DNA from: a bacterium
GTDB lineage: Bacteria > Zhuqueibacterota > Zhuqueibacteria > Residuimicrobiales > Krinioviventaceae
NCBI GenBank assembly: GCA_963674595.2
Contig: CAXXFV010000008.1
Coordinates: 192,001 to 256,000, forward strand
Direction of reading: 5' to 3'
DNA length: 64,000 nucleotides
Below, piece by piece: positions 1 to 9,885 of the stretch. Numbering within the stretch: the first letter of the stretch is position 1; each line of letters opens with the position of its first letter. Made by a program: the position numbers and the translations under genes. The notes beneath the pieces are model-generated. The model did no database searches and had not been told where the DNA came from. It worked only from the letters and a program-made list of their open reading frames with translations.

Positions 1-1153
1 TTTTTACAGCAATAAATTCTTTGGCAATTAAATTCATTCCATCCCGAAAGGGCGTTACCAAGGCAACATCTGATATATGGTAGAGAGCGGTTAACCTGTT
101 AAATGAAAAAGCTTTATAAATATACCAGATAGGTGTCCAGCCGATTTTCCCGTGTTCGCCGTTAATTCGGCCTACCATTTCATCAAGTTGTTGCTTTAAT
201 TGTTTATAACTTTCCACCTTTGACCGGGACGGTACGGCAATCAAAATGAGTCTGACTTTTTCAACATATTCAGGATTTTTGTGCAGGAACTGATGAAATG
301 CTTCCAATCGTTGTAATATTCCTTTGGTATAGTCCAGCCGGTCAATGGAAAGAATTATTTTTTCTTTACCGAGTTGTTTGGATAATTTTTTAATTTCTCT
401 TTTTACTTCAGGTCTTTTCGGCGCTTCCGCATACCTTTTATAATCAATACCCATTGGAAAACAGTCCATGCGGGTAATTCGATTGTTGTGATGAATTCGG
501 TTGAGCGATATTTCGTGCCCAAAAAGTCGAGAAACAGCACTCATACAGTGACGTGTATAATCAAATGTATGGAATCCGACAAGGTCCGCACCTAAAAGTC
601 CGTTAAGCAATTGTTTTCGCCAGGGTAAACTGCGAAAAATTTCAAAAGATGGAAACGGGATATGCAGAAAAAATCCGATAGAAACGTCCGGCGCATGTTG
701 GCGTAACATGTGAGGAAGCAGCATCAGGTGGTAATCATGAATCCATATAATATCATCAGGCCTTAAATGTTTTAAAATTATATTACAAAATTGTTTATTG
801 ACCTTTTGATAAGCTTGCCAATAAGTTTTATTGTATTCGGTATATTCTGTAAAATAATGAAACAGAGGCCAGATTGTTTTATTGCTGAATCCTTCATAGT
901 ATTTTTCAATTTCTTCCTTACCAAGAAAAACAGGGTGCATGTTTTTAGTAGCAAGTATGTCGTTTATCTCTTTTTTGTCTTTTTCAAGGGTAGTACGATA
1001 TCCGGGCCAGCCGATCCATAGTGTATCCAGTGTTTTGTATAAAGATGACAAACCGGTTGCCAGCCCGCCGGTACTGATATTATAAAATAATTTTTCTCCT
1101 CTTTTATGAAAACTAACAGGTAATCGATTTGATACGATGAGTAAACGTTGCAT
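1..1153 (-). CDS. otsA: Trehalose-6-phosphate synthase (GT20), probably bifunctional TPS/TPP; 3'-truncated by the window edge
   Basis: Absent from the ORF track. Manual translation from ATG at 1153 gives MQRLLIVSNRLP...STGGLATGL...WIGWPG, WIHDYHL, GFFLHIPFP and TPFRDGMNLIAKEF. Confidence 0.92.
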   Translation of the reverse strand, partial: MQRLLIVSNRLPVSFHKRGEKLFYNISTGGLATGLSSLYKTLDTLWIGWPGYRTTLEKDKKEINDILATKNMHPVFLGKEEIEKYYEGFSNKTIWPLFHYFTEYTEYNKTYWQAYQKVNKQFCNIILKHLRPDDIIWIHDYHLMLLPHMLRQHAPDVSIGFFLHIPFPSFEIFRSLPWRKQLLNGLLGADLVGFHTFDYTRHCMSAVSRLFGHEISLNRIHHNNRITRMDCFPMGIDYKRYAEAPKRPEVKREIKKLSKQLGKEKIILSIDRLDYTKGILQRLEAFHQFLHKNPEYVEKVRLILIAVPSRSKVESYKQLKQQLDEMVGRINGEHGKIGWTPIWYIYKAFSFNRLTALYHISDVALVTPFRDGMNLIAKEFIAVK

Positions 1154-1175
1154 AAATATCCTTTTACATATTATT

Positions 1176-1204
1176 TTTATAATACTTAACAAGATAATGA
1201 GCAA
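1176..1204 (-). promoter_or_regulatory. Putative sigma70 promoter for otsA
   Basis: TTGCTC-17 nt-TATAAA on the minus strand, 22 nt upstream of the ATG. The region is AT-rich, so a chance match is possible. Confidence 0.45.
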
Positions 1205-1252
1205 TAAATTCCATGTTTATGTAATGGCAGGACAATTTGGGGAAAAAGCGGC

Positions 1253-1281
1253 AAAAAAAAAGCCCGCATAAAAGCGGGCTT
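1253..1281 (-). terminator. Intrinsic terminator after the SSS transporter
   Basis: AAGCCCGC-ataaaa-GCGGGCTT inverted repeat with an A-run on + (U-tract on -). Confidence 0.85.
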
Positions 1282-1286
1282 GTATT

Positions 1287-2916
1287 TTAAGCAGATGCTA
1301 TGACAAGGGGTGAGAAATAAATGAGGATAAGAGCTATGATAATAATAACAATGATCGACAAGATAGCATCTTTATAGTTCCAACTGGCACGTGAGGCTGC
1401 TTTATCTTCTGCCATTGTTGTTGAATAGGTTAGTCCTTTTAATTGTTCCAGAGACGGCATTTTTGTCAACATACTTACGATAATCATAAGTGCAATACAG
1501 ACCAGGAACAAGTATACACAAAAGTATAAAAAGTTTACATCAGCAAAGGTAAGCAGCCAGCCGCTAAGGTGTTCTTTGTTTAACTCTAAAATAAGCCTGG
1601 CCTGGCCGATAATAAATCCACCGACAAGCGCTGTAAGCGCTCCTGCTGAAATTAATTCTTTTCCAGAATAAACCAAGAAGGAATACGGCCGCAATCGGAG
1701 GGGCAATATAGGCCTGTACACTTTGCAGATAATGATACAATTCACCGGAGATAAATTTCATTAACGGAATCCATGCGATACCGAGAATAACAACAATACC
1801 GGTGGCAACCCGTCCGACGTTTACAAGTTTTTTCTCAGGTGTATCCGGACGTAATTTTTTGTAAATGTCTATTGTAAAAAGCGTTGAACATGAATTAAAA
1901 ACGGCCGCTAATGAGCTCATAAGAGCTGCTAATAGTCCGCCTGTTACCAAACCACGAATACCTGTGGGAAGCAGTGCTTTTACCATAGCGGGAAAAGCCA
2001 TGTCCGGTTTGTCGAGTTGTAATTGACCTGTTTTTGCCAATGCATAAGCTATGATGCCGGGTATAATAAAAATGAAAAAAGGTAACAGTTTTAAATAACC
2101 GGCAAAAATAGTACCTCTGCGGGCCTGCTGTTCATCGCGGCCTGCCAGGGCACGTTGAACAATATACTGGTCCGTACACCAATACCAGATACCAACAATG
2201 GGTGGCGCCAGTACCATGCCCAACCATGGAAAGTCAGGATGGTCCATGGGTAAAAATAAATTCATTCTTTCTGCCCCTGCAACAGCTACGAGATTGTCCC
2301 ATCCTCCGATTTTTATCAATCCCATTACCGTGATCGTAACGGAGCCGATAATTAAGATTATAGCCTGCAAACTTTCCGTATAAACCACGGCTCGCAATCC
2401 TCCAAGCACGGTATAGATACCTGTAAGGACAACGATGATGAGCGCGCCTGTCCAAAATTCAATTCCCATTAATGTTTGAAAAACAACAGCCCCGGCATAT
2501 ACAGTAACGGAAACTTTGGTTAAAATATAGCCAACCAGGGAGATTAAGGATAAAAACCAGCGGGCGGCCGGAGAGTAACGCAGTTCCAAAAATTCCGGCA
2601 TGGTAAAGACTTTGGACCGCATATAAAACGGAACAAAAACCCAGCCCAGTAACAAAACGCACCATGCATGTAATTCATAATGCGACATAGCCACGCCGCT
2701 TTTGGCTGCCGTGCCGGCGAGGCCGACAATGTGTTCCGAACCGATGTTGGATGCAAAAATAGAAGCACCGATTACAAACCATCCGACATGTCTGCCTGCT
2801 AAAAAATAATCCGCTGAGGTATCTTGTCTTTGTCGAATGACCCACCATGCAATTCCAAGAATCACCGTGAAATACAACGCAACGACGATCCAGTCGATTG
2901 ATGTAAATAACGCCAT
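1287..2916 (-). pseudogene. Sodium:solute symporter (SSS/SGLT-like sugar transporter), split by a 1-nt frameshift near 1650 (pseudogene or sequencing error)
   Basis: ORF 1564-2916 has SSS motifs (DYFLAGR, FASNIGSEH, WYWCTDQYIVQR, LAALMSSL). It continues in the 1287-1745 frame after FWKRIN|SAGALTAL. Removing one base gives 542 aa. Confidence 0.88.
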
Positions 2917-3286
2917 TTTTAATTTCCTTCTCTCATGAGTTAAGTATTTATGTGATCTTCAATTTTTGCGGAATTTTTCTTATGTCAAAATTGGGAGAGG
3001 TTCTAAATAAAAATGTTTTTTCTATTTTGCAAATATAAAAATTTTGATTTAATAACGCAAAATGTATTTAAAATTTCTTGACATTAAAATAAATCTTTAT
3101 AACTTAAATAGATTTAATTTTTTTAAAAAATTTACCTTCCGGTTTTTAATATGAATTTTCAGACTTTCCGCTTGCCTTGCCGAGATATTATCTGTTTTTT
3201 AGATATTTTTGATAGAATTATGATTTATATCGATTTTTTATTTTAAAAATAAAAGGGATAATTGAACATTATGAGGTGTGGACAAT

Positions 3287-4123
3287 ATGACTTTTACAGG
3301 TTTTAATTTTTTAAATCGGATTTGGTGGGTCTTTTTTTTAGTGATAATTAGTACATTTATGTTCTGCACAGATAAAAAACAAACACAGGAACCATTTAAA
3401 TTGGGGGCACAAAGCTATTCTTTACGGGCTTTTTCTGTCCAGGAAGCTATTGTTGATTTGGATAGTTTGGGGTTTAAGTATGTCGAAATTTATCCGGGTC
3501 ATTTCCCTGTTGAAAGCGCTCCGGAAGAAAAAGCAGCCCTGAAGAAACTTTTAGCAGAACATGATATTAAATTTACTGCCTATGGTGTGGTTGATTTTAA
3601 GGAAAGCGAACAAGTCGCCCGAACTTATTTCGAGTTTGCTAAAGAAATGGGGATAGAGGTCCTGTCGGTAAATCCAACAGCTAAAGAACTCGACTTTTTG
3701 GAAAGTTTGGTTAAAGAGTTTGATATTAAAGTCGCCATTCATAACCACGGGCCAAATTCACGCTATGATACTTTGCAAAGTGTTTTGGATGCTGTTAAAA
3801 ATCGGGATATGCGGATCGGCGCCTGTATAGACACCGGGCATTTTATGCGATCTGATGAAGACCCTGTAAATTGTGCCATACAACTTGCCGATCGGACCCA
3901 TCTAGTACATTTAAAAGATATTAAAATATTTCCGGACAAAAAGGTTTTTACCATACAGGGAGAAGGTGATATGGATATGCCTTCTTTTTTCAAGGCCCTT
4001 GAAAAAATTGGTTATAACGGCCCGTTATCTCTTGAATACGAAGAAAACAAGGAAAACCCTGTTCCGGATATGGAAATTTGTGTAAAAAATATAAAAGCAG
4101 CTATCAGTCAAATTGGTGTATAA
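3287..4123 (+). CDS. Sugar phosphate isomerase/epimerase-like TIM barrel (AP_endonuc_2 / xylose-isomerase-like), probable lipoprotein
   Basis: LGAQSYSLR, VAIHNHGP, CIDTGH, VHLKD and LSLEYE motifs. Hydrophobic N-terminus ends in Cys (STFMF-C). SD GAGGTG precedes the ATG at 3287. Confidence 0.85.
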   Translation: MTFTGFNFLNRIWWVFFLVIISTFMFCTDKKQTQEPFKLGAQSYSLRAFSVQEAIVDLDSLGFKYVEIYPGHFPVESAPEEKAALKKLLAEHDIKFTAYGVVDFKESEQVARTYFEFAKEMGIEVLSVNPTAKELDFLESLVKEFDIKVAIHNHGPNSRYDTLQSVLDAVKNRDMRIGACIDTGHFMRSDEDPVNCAIQLADRTHLVHLKDIKIFPDKKVFTIQGEGDMDMPSFFKALEKIGYNGPLSLEYEENKENPVPDMEICVKNIKAAISQIGV

Positions 4124-4160
4124 ATATTAATTATAAAATCACTAATAAAGGAGGCTTGAC

Positions 4161-5675
4161 ATGGTAGGGAAAAATTTGCAGGATATGGATTCAAAAAGCA
4201 TTTCCTGGCTTTTTTGGACATGCTTTATTGCACTGGTTGCAACGTCCTTTGGTTTTATTATTCGGGCGCAAATAATTGGTGATTTGCAGGTACATTTTAA
4301 TTTGAGCGAAACACAAAAGGGAGAGATACTTGGTGTGGGACTTTGGCCTTTTTCATTGAGTATTGTACTTTTCAGCCTCGTAATTGATAAAATCGGTTAC
4401 GGACGTGCTCTTATTTTTGCTTTTATCTGCCATTTTGTGTCGGCAATTATTACCATTTTTGCAAGCGGATATACCATGCTTTATGTCGGTACATTTATTC
4501 TGGCATTGGGCAATGGTACTGTTGAAGCCGTTATTAATCCTGTTGTTGCCACTGTTTTTTCCAAGGATAAAACCAAGTGGCTGAACATTTTACACGCCGG
4601 TTGGCCGGGCGGTATGGTGTTGGGAGGATTATTGATTTTGATTTTAATTCCCAATTTAGCCTGGCAGTGGAAAGTCGGTTTGATTTTAATTCCAACACTT
4701 GTATACGGATTGATGATGCTTCGTGCGCAATTCCCGGTACACGAACGTGTTAAAGCCGGAATTCCCTATAAAGTCATGCTTCAGGAAGCCGGTATTGTTG
4801 GTGCTGTTATTGTTGTCTCTATTATGATTGCAGAAATAGGCCGAATTTTTCAATGGTCTTTAACCGCAGAAATTATTGTTGCGGCTCTGTTAATCATTTC
4901 TTACGGACTTTATGTTCGTTCACTGGGACAACCGTTATTTATCTTTTTATTATTGGTCATGATTCCTCTTGCCACAACAGAATTGGGTACGGACAGTTGG
5001 ATCACTGATTTGGTTAATCCGGTTATGAGCAAAATTGGAATTCAGGCCGGCTGGGTTTTGGTTTATACGGCCTTTTTGATGATGATATTAAGATTTTCAG
5101 CAGGTCCTATCATTCATCGTTTAAAACCCCTGGGTTTGTTGGCAATGAGCAGTATTATCGCAATTATAGGACTGATCTTTTTATCAAAGACAGCCGGAAT
5201 TTTAATTTTTGTTGCCGCTACGGTTTATGCTTTGGGAAAGACATTTTTCTGGCCCACCATGCTCGGTGTTGTAGCGGAACGTTTTCCAAAAGGCGGTGCT
5301 TTGACATTAAATACCATTGCCGGTGTCGGTATGTTAAGCGTTGGCGTTATTGGTGCAGCTTTTCTGGGAAATATTCAGGATAAACATATCGACAAACAAT
5401 TGAGCGAGCAGCATCCGGCAATTTACCAGCAGATAGTCGGCGAAGAAAAAACCAGTGTTTTTGGCCATTATAATTCAATAAATCAGGATAAAATCGCACA
5501 GCTTGATGATGCCGGGAAAAATATTATTGCTGATGCAAGCTCTTCGGCAAAAAAGAATGCTTTAATGACGGTGGCGATTTTTCCGGCAATTATGTTGTTT
5601 TGTTATATAATACTAATACTTTATTTCCGCTCAAAGGGCGGGTATAAAGCCGTTCATCTTGAGCAGAACGAATAA
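4161..5675 (+). CDS. MFS transporter (sugar-type)
   Basis: About 12 hydrophobic segments, DKIGYG motif-A-like loop, LHAGWPGG, FFWPTMLG; SD AAGGAGG. Confidence 0.88.
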   Translation: MVGKNLQDMDSKSISWLFWTCFIALVATSFGFIIRAQIIGDLQVHFNLSETQKGEILGVGLWPFSLSIVLFSLVIDKIGYGRALIFAFICHFVSAIITIFASGYTMLYVGTFILALGNGTVEAVINPVVATVFSKDKTKWLNILHAGWPGGMVLGGLLILILIPNLAWQWKVGLILIPTLVYGLMMLRAQFPVHERVKAGIPYKVMLQEAGIVGAVIVVSIMIAEIGRIFQWSLTAEIIVAALLIISYGLYVRSLGQPLFIFLLLVMIPLATTELGTDSWITDLVNPVMSKIGIQAGWVLVYTAFLMMILRFSAGPIIHRLKPLGLLAMSSIIAIIGLIFLSKTAGILIFVAATVYALGKTFFWPTMLGVVAERFPKGGALTLNTIAGVGMLSVGVIGAAFLGNIQDKHIDKQLSEQHPAIYQQIVGEEKTSVFGHYNSINQDKIAQLDDAGKNIIADASSSAKKNALMTVAIFPAIMLFCYIILILYFRSKGGYKAVHLEQNE

Positions 5676-5718
5676 TATAAATAAATAATTACAGATAATG
5701 GATTACTAAGGAGTTGAG

Positions 5719-6915
5719 ATGAAAAAAGCCCAGTTTTCGGTGATGATGTTTATTGAGTTTTTTATCTGGGGTGCCTGGTATGTTACCGTTGCCAATTTTA
5801 TGGGTGAAATTGGTATGACGGAGTACATTTATTGGGCATTTACAGTTGGTCCTATAGCAGCAATTATTTCTCCGTTTTTCCTCGGTATGATTGCTGACAG
5901 GTATTTTGCGACAGAAAAGGTTTTGGGTGTGTTGCATATTCTTGGCGGTATCGCCATGTTTTGCGCACCGTTTGTATCCAATTCTCCTGTTTTGTTTATT
6001 GTTGCTCTTGGTTTGCACATGCTTTGTTATCAACCGACCATTGGTCTGGTAAATACGTTAACTTTTCATAATATTGAAAACCAGGAAAAAGAGTTTCCGT
6101 TTATCCGCATGTTTGGAACCATCGGTTGGATTGTTGCCGGTATTTTTGTTAGCGGTATTTTAGGTGCCGACAAAACAGCACTCCCACTCAAGGTTGCCGG
6201 AATTGCCGGTATTGTAATGGGTGTTTTCAGTTTTACTCTACCGCATACACCACCGCCTGCTGCCGGTAAAAAAGCCACTTTTCGTGAAATTATGGGTGTT
6301 GATGCCTTGAAACAACTCAGCAGCCGTCCTTTTAATGTTTTTATGATTAGTTCTTTGCTGATTTGTATCCCATTGGCAGCTTATTATTCCTATGCGCAAA
6401 CATACCTGACATCAGCAGGATTCGAAAAACCGGGATTCAGCCTGTCGTTCGGACAAATGTCTGAAGCAATATTTATCGTTATGCTGCCGTTCTTTTTCAA
6501 ACGTCTTGGCATTAAATGGACATTGTTTGTTGGAATGTTGGCCTGGGTATTAAGATATGCTCTTTTCTCTTTGGGCGCTGCCGACAGCGTCTTTTGGATG
6601 ATTATGTTCGGCGTTGTTTTGCATGGTATCTGTTATGACTTTTTCTTTGTTACCGGACAAATTTATGTCGATGAAAAAGCCACACCTGCTATTCGCGGTC
6701 AGGCTCAGGGTTTTGTGGTATTGGTAACCTATGGTATTGGAATGCTTATCGGTGCCCAGGTGACAGGATGGCTGTTTAACGGCATCGTAACCAATTCCGG
6801 TGCTGCGGCCTTGCCTCAATACAAAGTTTTCTGGATGATCCCCGCCGTTTTTGCTGCTGTTGTTATGCTGATTTTTGGTATATTTTTTAATGAAAAAAGA
6901 AAAACACAAGCTTGA
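5719..6915 (+). CDS. MFS transporter, NupG/nucleoside:H+ symporter-like
   Basis: MMFIEFFIWGAW, GMIADRYF, IRMFGTIGWI, GQMSE and LHGICYDFFFVTGQIYVD are typical of the Nuc_H_symport family. Confidence 0.88.
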   Translation: MKKAQFSVMMFIEFFIWGAWYVTVANFMGEIGMTEYIYWAFTVGPIAAIISPFFLGMIADRYFATEKVLGVLHILGGIAMFCAPFVSNSPVLFIVALGLHMLCYQPTIGLVNTLTFHNIENQEKEFPFIRMFGTIGWIVAGIFVSGILGADKTALPLKVAGIAGIVMGVFSFTLPHTPPPAAGKKATFREIMGVDALKQLSSRPFNVFMISSLLICIPLAAYYSYAQTYLTSAGFEKPGFSLSFGQMSEAIFIVMLPFFFKRLGIKWTLFVGMLAWVLRYALFSLGAADSVFWMIMFGVVLHGICYDFFFVTGQIYVDEKATPAIRGQAQGFVVLVTYGIGMLIGAQVTGWLFNGIVTNSGAAALPQYKVFWMIPAVFAAVVMLIFGIFFNEKRKTQA

Positions 6916-6936
6916 TGTGTTTAAAATCATAAATTC

Positions 6937-6969
6937 AAGTGGGTTCGCATTGGTGGACCCACTTTTTTT
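6937..6969 (+). terminator. Intrinsic terminator
   Basis: AAGTGGGTTC/GGACCCACTT stem followed by a T-run. Confidence 0.85.
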
Positions 6970-6995
6970 GTTTATACACTTTATTGTTCTAAAAA

Positions 6996-7445
6996 ATGAT
7001 CGAAAAAATTGATAAATCCGTGCTTTTTAATGCCAAATCCTTTTTATGCTGGGATATTGACCAGCATTTAGCAATACAGCTTGTCCCTCTGCAAAAAAGT
7101 GTTGCCTACTTTTATCCCAAAGAAAATCAATACCACACGATTGTTGTTTTTTATGATGACACGTTGAATGACTTATGGGAGCCATTGTATTACTTGTTCC
7201 ATGAAGCCGGTCATTTATGTCAATATGACTATTATTCAAACTCGGGAAAAAAAGAAGAATTTGACGCTGATTTAAATTCAAAAAGTCAAACAAAGGTTGA
7301 TTTTGAACGTAAAGCATGGGAACATGGCGGTAGATTACTATCGGATTTTATTTTTAAATATTCTTACCAGGAATTAATTCATCTTGACGATTATTTCAAG
7401 TTTTCCGAAAAATGCATCGCATCCTATGCTGATAAAGAAAAATAA
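6996..7445 (+). CDS. Small HExxH zinc-metallopeptidase-like protein (ImmA/IrrE-like zincin)
   Basis: LFHEAGH motif followed by a downstream FERKAW helix carrying a candidate third-ligand Glu. Confidence 0.6.
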   Translation: MIEKIDKSVLFNAKSFLCWDIDQHLAIQLVPLQKSVAYFYPKENQYHTIVVFYDDTLNDLWEPLYYLFHEAGHLCQYDYYSNSGKKEEFDADLNSKSQTKVDFERKAWEHGGRLLSDFIFKYSYQELIHLDDYFKFSEKCIASYADKEK

Positions 7446-7593
7446 TAACGGTTTTTTGTGAAAATTGCAGCAAAATCCATATAGATAAAAAAAATAATGA
7501 GATTAACAAAATTATTTGGTAAATTATTTGCTTATAAAAATAAAATAAAATTTTGATAGATCACTAACAATTCAAAGGAATAATAGTTTATAT

Positions 7594-9789
7594 ATGAAGG
7601 CATTTATCACGGAAAGAAATATAATTCAGATAAAAGATTTATCTGTACCCTCAAATGTTTCTAAAACGGATTTCCAAATTTCTAATAATAAAGTTCATAG
7701 TATAAACCTTTTTCAGGGTAATATTCAATTGGAAACGGATGAAATTGATTTGTCTCAAGAATATGAGGTTTTTTATAACAATCAATCCTGCATTGTCGAT
7801 GTTGATCCGTATTTGGATAATTTATACTCTGATAAACCGCTAGGTTGTCATTGGGATGACGAAAAAACAGTCTTTCGGGTTTTTGCTCCCCGTGCCTCTC
7901 AAATTACATTAGTCCTTTATGATGATCACAAAACAACCAGTGGTGACGAACATAGTATGACAATGGATGGTGACGGTGTTTGGGAATGTGAGGTGCCGGG
8001 TCAGTATATTGGAAAATATTATTCCTATCGGGTTGCCGGTCCCGAATATGATGCTGAAAAATTTGGACCCAATGCTGAAATTGCGGATCCCTATGCCCGT
8101 GCGGTTGTTACGAAAAATAATTATATGCACCCCGCACGTTCGGTCATTATCGACACCGGCAAGTACGACTGGCAGGGGGATACCTGGTTGAATTATCTGA
8201 AAAAAGATTTAATTATATATGAATGTCATTTACGTGATATGACCGCGCATCCGAGTTCAGGAAGTGATAAAAATATTGCCGGCACCTACAAAGGATTTAT
8301 TCAGCCGAATATAAAAGGCGGGTTAGAGTATATTAAATCCTTGGGTGTGAATGCTGTTGAATTTTTACCTATACAGGAATTTGGAGATATTGAAATTCCT
8401 TTTAGCAAACTGGTAAATGGTATGAAAAATACCTGGAATCCCTATGAAAAAAATCATTGGGGTTATATGACATCCTACTATTTTGCACCCGAGTCTTCCT
8501 TTTCAGCAAACCATGATGATGAATATCGGGGTATTCACGGAAACCAGGTTGACGAGTTTAAAGATATTGTCAAAATGTTGCATAAACAGGGGATTGCCGT
8601 CATTCTGGATGTTGTATTCAACCATGTTTCTCAATATGATTTGAATTGTTTTAAAATTTTGGATAAAAAATATTATTTCCGTCTGGATGAAAACGGGAAC
8701 TATATAGATACAAGCGGCTGCGGCAATGATTTTAAAACAGAGCGCCCCATGTCGCGACGGATGATTGTGGACAGTATAAAATATTGGATGACGGAATATC
8801 ATATCGATGGTTTTCGTTTTGATCTGGCAGCCATGATTGACTGGGACACGGTAAACGAAATTCGCAGACAAGCGCTTGAGGTAAACCCGGGTGTGATATT
8901 AATTGCCGAACCCTGGGGCGGCGGACATTATACTCCTTTTGAATTTTCTCAATATGGATGGGCTGCCTGGAATGATCAGATTCGCAACGGGGTTAAAGGT
9001 GCGCATCCGGAATATGGACAAAGTTTTATTTTTGGCAAGTGGTTTGAGTTTAATAATCTGGATACCATTCAAAGATATTATAACGGCAACCTGGCAAAGG
9101 ACGGCGGTTTATTCATTCAAAAAGAACATGCTGTTAATTATCTCGAATCTCATGACAATCATACGCTGGGAGATTTTATTCGAATTGGATTGGGAGAGGT
9201 TGCTGCAAATGAGAAAATAAAAGATAGAAATAAACATGCCCTGGTATCGGAGAACCAGTTAAAACTGAACAAGCTGGCTGCCCTGATTTTATTCACCTGT
9301 CAGGGAGGCGTTATGATCCATGAAGGGCAGGAGTTTGCCCGCAGTAAAGTCATCGCGCCTACAGACGTTCCGGATGAAAATGTCGGCAAAATCGATCACA
9401 ATAGCTATAATAAAGATAATGAAACCAACTGGATTAATTATGAACATGCCGAGTTAAATAACGGGTTGGTGGACTATTATCGGGGACTCGTTCTTTTACG
9501 AAAAACATATCCGGCATTTCGGGATACAATGAAATCGGATATAGAGTTTATCCGCACAAATAACCCTTTTTCTCTGGGTGTTTATATTAATAGATATAAA
9601 AACAGCGATAAAAGCGATTTTCTTGTATTGCTTAATACCAATCCAAACGAAGAAGCTGTGTTTGAATTGCCGGCCGGAAAATGGACGGTTCTTGCCGACC
9701 ATCAAGCCGCCGGTATTGTTCCCATCAGGATTGTCAATAAAGGGCCGATCAAAGTGGGTGCTTCATCCGGTATGATCCTTAAAAAATAA
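7594..9789 (+). CDS. Type I pullulanase / glycogen-debranching enzyme, GH13 with CBM48-like domain
   Basis: FRVFAPRA, ADPYARA, IIYECHLRD, HWGY, DVVFNH, GFRFDLA, AEPW and YLESHDN (GH13 regions I-IV). No signal peptide. Confidence 0.9.
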   Translation: MKAFITERNIIQIKDLSVPSNVSKTDFQISNNKVHSINLFQGNIQLETDEIDLSQEYEVFYNNQSCIVDVDPYLDNLYSDKPLGCHWDDEKTVFRVFAPRASQITLVLYDDHKTTSGDEHSMTMDGDGVWECEVPGQYIGKYYSYRVAGPEYDAEKFGPNAEIADPYARAVVTKNNYMHPARSVIIDTGKYDWQGDTWLNYLKKDLIIYECHLRDMTAHPSSGSDKNIAGTYKGFIQPNIKGGLEYIKSLGVNAVEFLPIQEFGDIEIPFSKLVNGMKNTWNPYEKNHWGYMTSYYFAPESSFSANHDDEYRGIHGNQVDEFKDIVKMLHKQGIAVILDVVFNHVSQYDLNCFKILDKKYYFRLDENGNYIDTSGCGNDFKTERPMSRRMIVDSIKYWMTEYHIDGFRFDLAAMIDWDTVNEIRRQALEVNPGVILIAEPWGGGHYTPFEFSQYGWAAWNDQIRNGVKGAHPEYGQSFIFGKWFEFNNLDTIQRYYNGNLAKDGGLFIQKEHAVNYLESHDNHTLGDFIRIGLGEVAANEKIKDRNKHALVSENQLKLNKLAALILFTCQGGVMIHEGQEFARSKVIAPTDVPDENVGKIDHNSYNKDNETNWINYEHAELNNGLVDYYRGLVLLRKTYPAFRDTMKSDIEFIRTNNPFSLGVYINRYKNSDKSDFLVLLNTNPNEEAVFELPAGKWTVLADHQAAGIVPIRIVNKGPIKVGASSGMILKK

Positions 9790-9799
9790 ACATTTTGTC

Positions 9800-9822
9800 A
9801 AGCCTGTTTTCAGGCTTTTTTT
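9800..9822 (+). terminator. Intrinsic terminator
   Basis: AAGCCTG-tttt-CAGGCTT followed by a T-run. Confidence 0.8.
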
Positions 9823-9885
9823 ATTGCTTTCCTGCTTATGATTTATTAGCTTTTTACTCAATAATTTTGATTTTTTAAGAATGGA

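Noticed and set aside
791-1021. 76-aa plus-strand ORF
   Set aside because: Antisense shadow of otsA, which the track missed because it runs off the window.
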